In this document: in pieces, positions 51,009 through 64,000 of the stretch
Position numbering within the stretch: position 1 is the first letter of the stretch
Layout of the letters: each line of letters begins with the position of its first letter
Assembly: GCA_964016885.1 (NCBI GenBank)
Contig: OZ024740.1
Coordinates: 373,550,001-373,614,000 of the forward strand
Length of the DNA: 64,000 bases
Reading direction: 5' to 3'
Source of the DNA: Eledone cirrhosa
Taxonomy: Eukaryota
Position numbers and translations under genes: made by a program
Notes under the pieces: generated by a model
The model's input: only the letters and a program-made list of their open reading frames with translations
Database searches by the model: none
What the model was told of the DNA's origin: nothing

Positions 51009-51619
51009 TTATATTATATTATTTTTCGATACGATAATTCATTGACTCATAATACATTAGGGCCATAGACTACTACGCATATGTTATACATTTTATATTC
51101 TGAAATTTGTATAAGGTTTAGTACAGAAGCAAGAATAACAAATCATTGTTTTGAAAAAAATAACATTTTCTTTAAGTATTATACACTATTAGAACGTCTT
51201 TTGCCAGATTGATATTCAAAATATTTCAGCGCTAAATGAAAAAATAAGTGGACGGCAATCATGACATAGAGAAATGCATAAATTCTGAATGATGTGTTAC
51301 AAATTAATCTAACGCTGGAATTAGTTCATGTGTCGCCTAACAGCAGGCAAGTGAATTTAAATATATACACAATTAGTGCTTACATGCAACGAACTCGCAC
51401 ATATAGACGCACACATGTACATACATAAACTTTCAATGTTTTTTCTCATTAACTTGTTTTATATGAGATTAATTAAAAATTGACAGATATTCATTTAATC
51501 AAATTAAACGTCCGTATATAGCGGGTAAGCCATGACAAACTAAGAAAGAGATCTAATATCCGTTACAACTAAATGCAAAAACAAAGTAAATACATTGTTA
51601 GGCATAAATATCATAAAGA

Positions 51620-52800
51620 AGAAATAATACACATCTATAAAGCACATCTATAAAGCAGCTAATTGTTTGTACTATTGGATGCTTTCGTAGCCTCCTCGTA
51701 GTTAAATACGTTGTTTATATTTTGACAATATATTGGACGTTTTTTAAAGACCAGTTTCAAAACATCCCCTCCCATAGTGTGGTAGATTCCACGCTGGGAA
51801 AAGTAGTCCTATACATTTTCTAGATGATCTCTACATTAATGTAAACTGAAATAAATGTGACCTGTTCCTCATGAACTTTAGTTCAGCTGCACGTGGACGG
51901 CGAGAAACCAACATAGTTGTTGTTTGGTGAATTGGCAGTATCGGTAGAGGGTTGGATGCCATGCTTTCTAGCATAGTTTCGTCCCTTTACGTTCTGAGTT
52001 CAAATCCCGCCGAGGTTAACTTTGCCTGTCATCCTTACGGACGTCGATAAAATGAAGTACCAGTAATATACTGGGTAATTGCTGGCCTTGTGCCAAAAGT
52101 AGAAACAATTAACATTACACTGTGTCTAATACATTTTGAATATTGATTCTCTGGCTTAGACAATGACATATTCTTGCCCAAATTTTCCCAGTTTTCAGTA
52201 ATTATGTCTTTGCTAAATGTTTTGACTTGCGATATATTTGGAACGTAATCGATATTTAATATATCTATTTGTGCTCTCTCATTTGATAATTCATCAGCTT
52301 TCCTATTTCCTAAAATATCTGAATGGGCTGGTACCCAAATCATTATTTTATTATTGTTTTCTGATCTATTCTTAGCAGAACACCTTCAATCTCACTAGCC
52401 CGTCCTATTTTCTATGATTGAATTACATTTTGATTCGATAACCTACAGCAAATAGAGACCATAGCTTTTTTAGATGATACTGTCAATCTCCAATATTTTG
52501 CATGAAATATTGTAAAATCATAGAGTAATCGGAAACTTACGTCCATATACATTGTCCGCCATTTTGCTTTTAGGTGTTAGCTTCAGACCCTATCCTACTG
52601 TCTGAATATGCTCTTTCGTTATAACTGCACATGATATTGACACAATTTGACTGATATTGTTATATTATACATATACCTTCTATTTCAGTTTTTAACTGTT
52701 ATTCTACCCATGTAGGAAGCCAAATATCATGCTATTTTCTTTTGCATAGAAAGTAAAGAGTTTACATTTTAGGCCTCGTTGATTCTTCTATCAACAACTG
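51620..52800 (-). mobile_element. Decayed RNase H-bearing LINE 3' region (I/Nimb-like), interrupted by a SINE
   Basis: IWVPAHSDILGNRKADELS is the RNase H C-terminal motif. Confidence 0.65.
51933..52110 (+). mobile_element. SINE family A
   Basis: Full A-box, B-box, core and tail. Confidence 0.9.
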
Positions 52801-54573
52801 AAAAATGCTTCACCTATACGGTTCATATTTTCAGGTGATTGCGCATGATAACATTGATAACAGAAAGGGAAAGGAGTGGAGGATAGAAGATATTCTCAAT
52901 CATTTTTTTCTTAATACCTAATGATGATAACACTGCAAATATATACTTTTCAGTTAATTTAGAAACGCCTATTCTTCAAATTTTGCTTTTCATTTCTTCG
53001 GATTTGAATAAGTTTAATACGTTTAAGAAACTTGAAAAATCATTGTCTCATATACATTATCCCTCCTCTCATATTTCTCTCTTTCATTCTTAGACAATGA
53101 AATTTGCTCTAATTAAAGGACATTGACAGGCCTGTCCATTTTGTCGAAAATAATATGGTCATCTGTATACAATAAGATGCCAAACATTCTTTATGCCCCG
53201 ATAAATGTTAGCTCCTTATTGCTTCACAGTGCCTACGTACTTTATACTCAGTGATTCAAGGCTCAATTAAAACCATTCTGGCAGACCATTTCTGTCATTG
53301 AGTAGCGCCTGTTTCTCATTCAGGCCTTACATGATTACACACACACAGACGCACATATACATACATGCACCCTCCTATATTTCTCTCTTGCATTTTCTCC
53401 CATTAAAAGCAACTTTTTTCTATGTATCTATTTATTGAGACAATCTATGTATATCTTTATGTATGCAACTTTATTTTATATAACATTACCTCTTTCATTT
53501 TATTGAGAGATATCACCCACGATTTTCAAACAAGAAGTGGGTTTGAAAACCATCGATAATTACCTATATATGAAAAGGAAAGATAAAAACAAAATTAAGT
53601 AATGAGAAAGGGGGAAAATGGTAAAAATGGCAGATCTGGCTATATGGGAAAGTAGAGGAAACGACTCTAAATGCCTAAGTGAGAGAAAATAGAGGGGGAA
53701 AAGCGGATACTATTTTGTATGAGTATGCATGTATATGCGTATAATCAATACACCTTTTTCTCTTTATATTCCATTCGTATGATTAGGTGATTTGTAGTCG
53801 AAGATAGGGTTGATAAATCTAACATCCTAAGCTACCACGATATCATAATAGAGTACCGTATGACGCTGAATCTAGAAGAAATTTGTGTTAAAGTTACATG
53901 TGTTTGTGGAGTCCTGAGACACTTGCTCTATAATTTCACGAGCATGTTAGATGTTAAATCATTTGTTGAAACAATTTTTAATAATTTAGGTGTGTGATGC
54001 TGACAATACAAAAACATGCATATGTGATTTTCATATTAGTTTTTATTTGTCGAGTTCGGAATGCATTCGTCAGTCAGTTTAATAAACCTTTGGTTGATTA
54101 TTTAATTATCATTTTTAAATCCCTTGCGTCACACCTCCTATGGTTTTCATAATGTCTGTTCAGCTCCTTTTTCTTCTGATATTTTCTGTACACTTCATCA
54201 TTGAAAAAGGTCACAGGATGTTTGGCGAAAGCTATTTGTCAATTTGAAATTAAAACCTCCCAGCGTTTATAGCAACAGTAAACTATCCTCGTATGTCATA
54301 CAATCTCTAATGCCGTTGCTATTACGTGGCTATATCCTACTTCAATCGGTCCTGTGTTGTATATTTGAATACTTAACACCATTCCTCCACCAACCAAGTG
54401 TTACCAGATCTGTGATGGATGATTTATTGTCAATCTCATTAAATAATGAGATATATTATTCTGTTCTGCGAGACAAACATTATTCTCACATATTGTATAT
54501 CGTAAAAGTTGTCTACGTCAAACAACTCTGGTGACGTCAGGTGATACATTTTCCTTATTTTGTAAAAATAGTA

Positions 54574-54622
<49 letters not shown>

Positions 54623-55575
54623 GCTACTACTACTACCGCCACCACCACATCACCACTGCTACTGCTGCTGTTACTACTACTACTACTACAGCTGCTGCTG
54701 TTGCTGCTATTGCTGCTGCTAATAATACTTCGACGACGACGATGACGACACCGGCCGAGGCGACGACGACCACCACCACGGCGGTGGAGGAGATGACGAC
54801 GATGGCGGCGGCGGCTACAATGATGAGGGTGACGACGACGATGACGACTACCGTGCACTTAAGTTGGTTCTAGTTCTCTCACCTTGTGAGTTCTTATGAC
54901 AAGTAACGCATTTAAGATTGAGCTATATGTTTACATAATAACAAAATAAAAAATAAATATTATTGATCACGAAAATATTCAATTTACAAAAAGTGCATTA
55001 AGCAAAAGCTGAAGATTGTAGATGAATCGGTATCGTAATATTTCATACAAATATTTATGAAAATGCCTGTGAAGTTTTATAGGAAATAAGGGCAGAATAA
55101 AAATGTCTAGTAGCATATTTTAATATTTATTTGTTTACTGTTTGTAATAAGTAACTAATCTTTATATATATTATAATGTGTTTCATACACCTTCAGCTAA
55201 AATATTGTCCATAGGTACATTTGATGGAACGGAAATTGCTTCTGGATTACTATAAATACTAATAGTACTCCTCTCCGGTCACCAATCGTTCAAGCATATA
55301 ACAAATCCACCTCGTAAATATATCATTTATAATCGCTGAGTGATAATATTGTATTGAAGGAAATAGGCAGTATTCGTGAAAAGATTAATTATATATATTC
55401 AAAGAAATTATTGCTGACTAGATATATGCAGCTTGTAGACATGTTATTTAATGACGACGTCATTGTGGTATTGTGATCACTTTAAATGTATGTATGTTTA
55501 AACAAATGGTTTGTTACTATCAAAACTCTGCATTGTTTCTTCTCCGTATGAAACTATATATACATACATACATAC

Positions 55576-55640
<65 letters not shown>

Positions 55641-55645
<5 letters not shown>

Positions 55646-56217
55646 GCGATGAATTAGTTTTGCGAGGTTTTTTATATGAGATCGTGTGTCGAAACAAATA
55701 TTGTTATATAAAATAAATAATATATTTTTATATAAAATGAATAAATAAATAAATAAATAAATAAATAAATACATACACAAGCGCAATGACACAAGCACAT
55801 AAACACACACTAGTCAGCCATCACACAGCAAACAAAACACTATACACACACGCAAACGCATGCGCAATGAAGACGAAATAAAATAAACAACAAGCAAATA
55901 AATAAATAAATATATAGACAGACTGAATAAAAATTGCGTAGACATACAATACAACAGGAGGAAACATAACACCACTGACGATGTTGCAGATGTGCAACGA
56001 AAGATCTATGATAAACTATATATATGTGTTTGTGTCTATATTGTATATGTATTATTTTTGACCGTCGGTCTGTCAATGGCAACGTTGAGGACCGAGTAAG
56101 TTAGATTACCGATATAAAAGACACAGAAGCGAGAAGCGAAAACCAACCAAACAGTGAGTGTGTTCTGTTATTAATTCTGGCAATATTACACAAATATGAC
56201 CCTCCCCAAGTATAACA

Positions 56218-56220
<3 letters not shown>
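55641..56220 (+). mobile_element. Non-coding 3' end of the Neptune-like PLE family between (TA)n tracts (HHR at ~55969-56015)
   Basis: Matches 50050-50555; CTGACGA-stem-GAAA. Confidence 0.85.
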
Positions 56221-56277
<57 letters not shown>

Positions 56278-56299
56278 GTGTGTGTGTGCGTGTGTGTGC

Positions 56300-56347
<48 letters not shown>

Positions 56348-56725
56348 GAGTGCGTGCGACCATGTATTATATATCATCAAGCAATGGAATATATTCGTTG
56401 TCTTCGATTCCATTTCGGGCACGAGTTTGTGATTCCTACGGCTTAAAAATTGGCAGGTGCAAAGATAAAGCAAAACGCAAGTAAATAGGAATTCCAGAAA
56501 GGGTGCAATTATTGAGAAAAAAAAAGAAAAAAAGATCAGTCTGTTTTTCGGTAAAGTGACAAAAGGAAAAGGAGAAATTATTAGAGAGTTTGATCTGGAT
56601 AATATATCTAGCTAATTAGGTTTAGCAGGGGATATCATTGTAAAACGTCCGGCGTCGTTCACAAAATTACCTTTGCTCAACACTTATCACATATATGTGT
56701 GAGTGAGTGTATATTTGCATATGAA

Positions 56726-56784
<59 letters not shown>

Positions 56785-56832
56785 CAGGAAAGAAGGTTTA
56801 CATGGTTTGCTATACAAAAAAGTTTTTAATCA

Positions 56833-56945
56833 CATAGCTTACATTTGTTTCACTGAACTGGTATGTCTAGAGATCGCTATCCGCTTAATTTTGCGTTACT
56901 CGATCGCCAATACAGAATTATAACCAGTCAGATCTTCGGAGCATG
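56833..56945 (-). ncRNA. HHR-like motif, CCGAAGA core, 81-nt stem II domain
   Basis: Reverse complement ATGCT-CCGAAGA-TCTGACTGGT...ACCAGTTCAGT-GAAA-CAAATGT-A-AGCTAT. Confidence 0.65.
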
Positions 56946-57332
56946 CGAGAATAAAAAAAATACACAGGCAAGAAAAGAAAAGAAAATACGGCTACTATAT
57001 GGAGTAGTTATGGCATTCAATTAGAACAATAACAACAATTACAACAATGCTATCAATAAACTATTTAAGGAGATCCTGACATTACTTAGGTGGGGGGTAT
57101 ATAATGTATCTAATGTTACGGCGTGAAAACCAGCTGTCATAAAGCAAAAAGTATCGTAGTGTGTATCAACTTTAAATTATAAAGATAAGCTAGTTTTTAC
57201 AGTCTTTCTCTTCATCTTCAACAGTATACATGAGTGGGACCACTGTCAAAGCTCAATAGTTGTAGAGTTAATACAGAGGTTAACGAATTAATATACGCAT
57301 ATATCTACGCACACACACACACACATACACAT

Positions 57333-57369
<37 letters not shown>

Positions 57370-57692
57370 AATATATATACACATATATACACATGCATGT
57401 GTACATAGACACATACATACACATCAATATACACTCGTACAAAAATATACATACATGCAAAGAGAAAAGCGTGCTAATTGTAATTATGGCAAAAAGAAGG
57501 TAAAGTAACATTGTAGTAGTGAAATGAGAAAAACTAGGATCTAGGATCAAATGATTGCAGCAGCTGAGAAGGAGTAACATTATTGGTAGATGAGGTAATT
57601 ACAGACAATTGTGTGGTATAGACTTGTGAAGGAAATAGTATACTTAATGAATATATTTCTGAGGGTAGTAGGTATGCTAATTTAAAGCTATG

Positions 57693-60091
57693 TTATGTTG
57701 GTTTGATTGACGGAGGTTTGAATCTTATGAATTTAGTGGCTATTCTATGTCTGCAGAAGATAGATCTTTCTAACTTATTATTAAGTAGCCTTTTAACATT
57801 TCTAAGGATATACAATAGCTCAAGATCACACAGCCCGCAATAGGACATCCCTGTACTATAGGTTTTAGCAGCCGACAACTTCGACCAGTTGATAGTGTAG
57901 TTAGTATTGCTGTCCTTCAATTCCCATATTTTTCTGGCGAGGGTGGTGGAACCCATAAGTGCACGGTTTTTCATTGAGTGCCTGTGCACATACCATCTTT
58001 TCTTAAAAGAACCCGCGGTGGATCCTATGTAATTCCAGGTGGAGTTACCCGAGATGACAGTGCACATGTACACCAGGCTCGAATCGAGACATCTGTTCGC
58101 CAATGGGCACCTATCTGGGAGGTGACAGTTGCAGTTTGAGGCGCTAATTTGTGCAGCTTTTACATTCCTATTTAGTACCCTGTTATAAGTGGTTTGTGAT
58201 ATATGCCCAATGGGGTTTTGCTGCTGCGCGTTTGTATGCGCTTGTGGTTGTGATGTTGTGATGAGTTTGTGCTTATGTATAGGTACAATTGATTTACTTG
58301 AGATATTTCTGTGGTTGATTTTTCGTATATGTGATTCTATGTTAGCTGCTGTTGAGAAAGAGAGTTTTATAGTAGATCTATTGAGTATTTTGTGATATCT
58401 ATGCGAGATAGGGAAGTGTGTATCTATTAGTTTAAAGAATGTAGAGGGCAGTCTAGTTTTTATAGAGGAGTTGAATATTGGGTTGAACCAAAGGTATTTT
58501 CTTTGTCTGTTTCTTCTATTGTTTCTAGGGTTTATGTTATTAGTGTTTTGGCCGTTTACTCTAGGTGTTACATGTCTAACCCTATGTCTAGTCAAGCTAA
58601 TCCTATTAGTATGTGAGCGGTTGGAGTAGAAATTACTAGGATTGTTTATGTTGTCCTTATTCACTATATACTGTAGTTTATCTTTATGACCGGCCCTACT
58701 TAATGCTGCATTATAATAGTCAGCATGCTCGTTAAAGATTTCTAGGTTTGAGGATAAGCGGGATATTCGGAGGGATATACTACGTGCTCTGGATTTAATT
58801 ATGGATTTGGGGTGATTCGAGTTGTAACTAATGTAGGCAAGATTTTCATTATTTTTGTGGAAAGGTTCTATTAATCCAGTATTTAGATTTAGAGTTACAT
58901 CTAGAAAATTTACCTTCTTATGGTTTAGTTCGTAGGTAATACTTAGGCCTAGTTTTTTGAAGAATATTCTAATATTTTTCCCTAGTCTTTCCATGCTCTG
59001 GTTGTTTAGGTTCCTAGCTATAAGTAACGTGTCGTCCCTATAAATTCCTCCTTGGAGGTTACTGAATTCCTTATGTAGGTTGTGTGCTATGAATAGCCCC
59101 ACGATATCTGTAATTTGCGCAGAATCATTTGATCCCATTGTAATATCGAAGCTATTTATTCTATCCTTTCTTACCCAGTAGTTATTTTCAAATTTTACGA
59201 TAGTCCTTCTAGCCGCTATTATTATTTCAATTTCATCATGGGTAAGATCAGAGTTATTTTGGGCAAATATAAGCGCCTTATCTAGGGTAGCTGGGGATAT
59301 GGATGCATAATAGTCGTCTACATCAAATAGTATGAAGTTACACGTCTCCTTATTTTGTATTTTATTGAACCATTTAATTGCCTCGTTAGTGTTGCCCCAT
59401 GAATTGATTTCTAGTTTACACTTTATTTGTGCGATTACCCTATCTAGAATGTTTTTGCTAATTTTACCTATGTCTGACTTGGATGGGCATATTAATCTAA
59501 TGGTGGGATTAGTTTCAAAGTTATTTTTGTGATCTTTCAGGTTAAATGTAGGGTTGCACGGGGTAAGCGGTTCGGTCCTATCTGAAATTCCGAGTTTATT
59601 AACTATCTTGAGACCCTCCATGCTTATGCTGGTGAGTGTAGATTCATTTGGTTTTTATATTGTTTATGTAGTTCACGCTGAATAAAGTTATTGTATGTGT
59701 TAATGTCCATAGAGTATACGTTTGATGTTTTGTCTGCTTTTACTATGATACCGTTAGTGTCTTTTAGTTTTTTAAGTAATGTATTTAAGTCATTTTGCAA
59801 TTTGTTGGGATTTGTTCTTTTTTTAAATTTAGTTTCACTTATCATGTTCATAAGGTCCAGCTCGAAGGCATCGAGTGCGGGGTTGTTTGGCGGGTTTTTG
59901 CAGGATTTAAACCCGTAATTCTCCTTGGAAAATTCCCTTCCGTTGGTATTCGGTCCCTTATCGAAATGGTAAGCTTTCCATCGGACCCTGCGGATGAAAT
60001 CATTAGTCCGTCGTATCATGCCCAGTGTATATTCATATTTTGTAGGTACAGGTATGTTTTTTAGTGACATACCTATACAGTGCTTCTCCAT
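57693..60091 (-). CDS. PLE RT + GIY-YIG endonuclease (~800 aa), single frameshift near 59650
   Basis: SLKNIPVP, RVRWKA, LKDHK, FDVDDYYASI, FDITMGS, GIYRDD, CNC..CPL..C, LVYMC..YIGST, CGLC, CRH. Confidence 0.95.
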
Positions 60092-60365
60092 GTTGTTGCC
60101 GTGCGTTAATGGTGTTGCTCGACCAGGCGGGAGCTAAATATACGGATTAACAAATAATAGTTAAATGCAGTCCACTTAGGTGAAGTCCAGTTATGGTATT
60201 CCAGGTAGTGGATGATATTAACGCTTGGCTTGGTTTGACTCAACAAGGCGTTTTCATAGTGATGCTGCAGGTATGCTGTAATTCCTATGTTGTAAACACT
60301 TGGAGTAATAATAAATCAGGAAAGAATGTTTACATGGTTTGCTATACAAAAAAAAGTTTTTAATC

Positions 60366-60480
60366 ACATAGCTTACATTTGTTTCAATGAACTGGTATGT
60401 CTAGAGATCGCCATCCGCTTAATTTTGCGTTACTCGATCGCCAATACAGAATTATAACCAGTCAGATCTTCGGAGCATGC
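60366..60480 (-). ncRNA. Second copy of the long-stem-II HHR in the 5' pLTR
   Basis: Near-identical to 56833-56945. Confidence 0.65.
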
Positions 60481-61995
60481 AAGAATGAAGAACATACACA
60501 GGCAAGAAAAGAAAAGAAAATACGGCTACTATATGGAGTAGTTATGGCATTCAATTATAACAATAACAACAATGCTATCAATAAACTATTTAAGGAGACC
60601 CTGACATTACTTAGGTGGGGGGGTATATAATGTATCTAATGTTACGGCGTGAAAACCAGCTGTCATAAGGCAAAAAGTATCGTAGTGTGTATCAATTTTA
60701 AATTATAAAGATAAGCTAGTTTTTAGTCTTTCTCTTCATCTTCAACAGTATACATGAGTGGGACCACTGTCAAAGCTCAATAGTTGTAGAGTTAATACAG
60801 AGGTTAACGAATTAATATACGCATATATCTACGCACACACACACACACACATACACATACACACACACATATATATATATATAAATATATATACACATAT
60901 ATACACATGCATGTGTACATAGACACATACATACACATCAATATACACTCGTACACAAATATGCATACATGCAAAGAGAAAAGCGTGCTAATTGTAATTA
61001 TGGCAAAAAGAAGGTAAAGTAACATTGTAGTAGTGAAATGAGAAAAACTAGGATCTAGGATCAAATGATTGCAGCAGCTGAGAAGGAGTAAGATTATTGG
61101 TAGATGAGGTAATTACAGACAATTGTGTGGTATAGACTTGTGAAGGAAATAGTATACTTAATGAATATATTTCTGTGGGTAGTAGGTATCCTAATTTAAA
61201 GCTATGTTATGTTGGTTCGATTCACGGAGGTTTGAATCTTATGAATTTAGTGGCTATTCTATGTCTGCAGAAGATAGATCTTTCTAACTTATTATTAAGT
61301 AGCCTTTTAACATTTCTAAGGATATACAATAGCTCAAGATCACACAGCCCGCAATAGGACATCCCTGAACTATAGGTTTTAGCAGCCGACAACTTCGACC
61401 AGTTGATAGTGTAGTTAGTGTTGCTGTCCTTCAATTCCCATATTTTTCTGGCGAGGGTGGTGGAACCCATAAGTGCACGGTTTTTCATAAGTGCACTTAT
61501 GGGTTCCACCACCCTCACCAGAAAAATATGGGAATTGAAGGACAGCAACACTAACTACACCATCAACTGGTCGAAATTGTCGGCTGCTAAAACCTATAGT
61601 ACAGGGATGTATATACATATGTAAGTATAAAAAGTAACTTTATAGATATTGCTTCCAACGCCTCAAGAAATGGTGTATATATATATGAAATGACGTGTGT
61701 AAATATGTTAACAATACACTATATTATGTTGTCCATGAATAATAGAAACGTGCGTGAAATTTCTAAAAGAGACATACTTTCATAAATTTTAGCGAGTAAA
61801 TCTAGTAAACAACTGCATAGAATATTGTATTCAAACATTAACATTAAAGTATATCATATATATATATCCTAGCAGTGCCGACAATATCAAAAGGAAAACA
61901 TAAAATAGGGAAAATAGAGACATAGATAAGGTGTTCAGTATTTCCATTACAAATAACATTGTGTGTATATTTAACCGCTTTAAAGGTGTAGTTCC

Positions 61996-62033
<38 letters not shown>

Positions 62034-62212
62034 CACATATATATATAGGTACAAATCTCTCTGTGAGCATAAACACACACACACACACACACACACGTAT
62101 ATATATATATACAACAACGAAAGTGTAGTAAGAAACCAGGTGGAGTATAACTCATCAGTTCGAATCCAGCTGTAGAAACGACCGGAGCTGAATCGGTGTC
62201 CTGACTCCCTTG

Positions 62213-62259
<47 letters not shown>

Positions 62260-62264
<5 letters not shown>

Positions 62265-62447
62265 GTTTCTACTTTTGGCACAAGGCCAGCAATAAACCAG
62301 TGCATTACTGGTACTTTATTTTATCGACGGCGCAAGGATGAAAGGCAAAGTTAACTCGACTGGATTTGAACTGTGAATGGTAAAGATCGTAACTCAATGC
62401 GTAAAAGCATGGGGTCCGCCGCTCTACCGATACTGCCAATCCACCGC
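62260..62447 (-). mobile_element. SINE family A
   Basis: Tail, core, B-box and A-box on the minus strand. Confidence 0.85.
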
Positions 62448-62453
62448 CATATA

Positions 62454-62489
<36 letters not shown>

Positions 62490-62539
62490 TGTATGTATGT
62501 ATGTATGTATGTATTTATGTATATATATATATATATACG

Positions 62540-62607
<68 letters not shown>

Positions 62608-62618
62608 TATATATATAT

Positions 62619-62945
62619 GGGTAACGAGATGGCGGCCATCTTGTTAGCCATAGGCAGATCTAACACAATGCAGCCTCGACACAAAAATGATGCTTGATTA
62701 TGGCAGACAATTGATACACCCAGGACACCATAGCGAAATACCAATATATGGAATATTAGCTTATGCAAGATTCTTTCCTTATTTTAATTTATATTCCTTT
62801 GCAGTTCCGATGAGCCACTCTTTCTTTAAATATGTTAATTAATTTCAACTGAACCAGATCAATAATGATATATAGTCATTTGATCAAGAAATATTATATG
62901 GTGTTGCGAAACAATTGTAAACGGACATTATTATTATTAATATTA
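62619..62945 (+). mobile_element. PLE-type 3' end with long-stem-II HHR (62804-62922)
   Basis: GTT-CCGATGA-GC..94 nt..GC-GAAA-CAATTGT-A-AAC; starts at a (TA)n tract. Confidence 0.5.
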
Positions 62946-63218
62946 TTATTAGTATTCTCTAAATTCCTTACATCAAACTAAAATATGTTGACAATCTTTT
63001 AATAATGTCTTCCTTGTGAAATGTGTGTTCTTGTTTGGCTTAACTAATGAATATTTCCAGCTCTGCGCGCCTAACTTATGCATAAACCCAGCCAGCTAGC
63101 TGCTTTCCACTGCATATTGCACATTGAGCACATGCCTTTACGCTTTGGCTTCTAACTAATTGACCAATCTCTCCTCTCCTTTCTCCATCTCTCTCTTTAA
63201 GATTCGTTACTCTTGAAC

Positions 63219-63316
<98 letters not shown>

Positions 63317-64000
63317 TATTAAGTTGTTAAACAATATTCGATGATTATGTCAAATAATGAGTTTTACAGTAGATTTACAGAGTTTTACAGTACTTATATA
63401 TAAATGTGAATTTTTTTCGCTGTACTTTCGATGTACTTCCGATCTCTTATTTATTTATTTATAATATAATGATTTATAATATATATGTAGCTATATATCG
63501 TATTTTATATATTTTTATATATTTTTAAATATACCTACCATACTTCTATATACATGATTCAAATATATAGGAAATATCCAAACTAAAAAATATTATAGAC
63601 ATTATTTTGAACTTTATACATGAATTCATTGTTCGTCTGTCTTATATGTATGTATATATATTTAAATGTAACACGTTGTTAAGAGTATAACTGTTATCAT
63701 TTACGTATAGTATACTACATAAATAATACCTAATATATATCTATATATATACATCCTTATATCTAATACTACGTTGATATCTTGGTTAACGAATAATTAT
63801 ACATAAGTATACATTTTATCCGTAACATATTATTTTATTTTATTTTATTTTATTTTTACCTTATACATACTGACTCATTAATATATACCGATATACATAA
63901 TAGTTATTCAAATATTTATAACAATAAGTACTACAAAAGCTTTACATACCTAATATGTTGAGATATTTGTTAAAGTTTAGATTTAGGAAATTAATCAACA

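Larger units (their letters stand above)
56779..61610 (-). mobile_element. Penelope-like element 2 (Naiad-type), near intact, with ~1.2-kb direct repeats and a 5' fold-back
   Basis: 56779-57973 is repeated at 60311-61489; 61359-61478 is inverted at 61492-61610; 3' end in (TA)n. Confidence 0.95.

Noticed and set aside
57693-60091. Selenoprotein recoding as reported for some Naiad PLEs
   Set aside because: No in-frame TGA at conserved Cys positions in either Naiad-type ORF; the breaks are frameshifts. No SECIS was recognised.
62113-62214. Short TA-flanked insert with CTGATGAG (minus) and GTTCGAATCC
   Set aside because: A complete HHR or tRNA could not be assembled on either strand; probably a fragment of an unrecognised repeat.

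Overview
AT-rich, microsatellite-saturated eukaryotic DNA made almost entirely of transposons. The SINE family, the (TA)n/(CA)n/(ATT)n load and the element mix suggest an octopus/coleoid genome (inference). No intact host gene is visible, and most ORF-track entries are translated microsatellites. Contents: a near-intact full-length Tx1/L1-clade LINE (21.3-27.1 kb, minus) plus decayed relatives; two near-complete Penelope-like elements with Naiad-type motifs (5.8-11.3 kb plus; 56.8-61.6 kb minus); an internally deleted Neptune-like PLE and several PLE 3' ends; two Helitron derivatives; R4/Dong, I-clade, RTE, mariner and possible DIRS and Gypsy remnants; and many tRNA-derived SINEs. The most striking signal is a hammerhead-ribozyme (HHR) system with about a dozen motifs in three architectures. 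It includes a non-coding ~530-bp retrozyme-like unit inserted as a 1.8-kb head-to-head concatemer whose inversion point falls at the predicted self-cleavage site, and HHRs carrying an 80-95 nt stem II domain. Also notable: the SINE 3' tail matches the Tx1 LINE 3' tail, and a small covarying palindromic element sits in (TA)n. All calls were made by eye with no database search, and boundaries are approximate.
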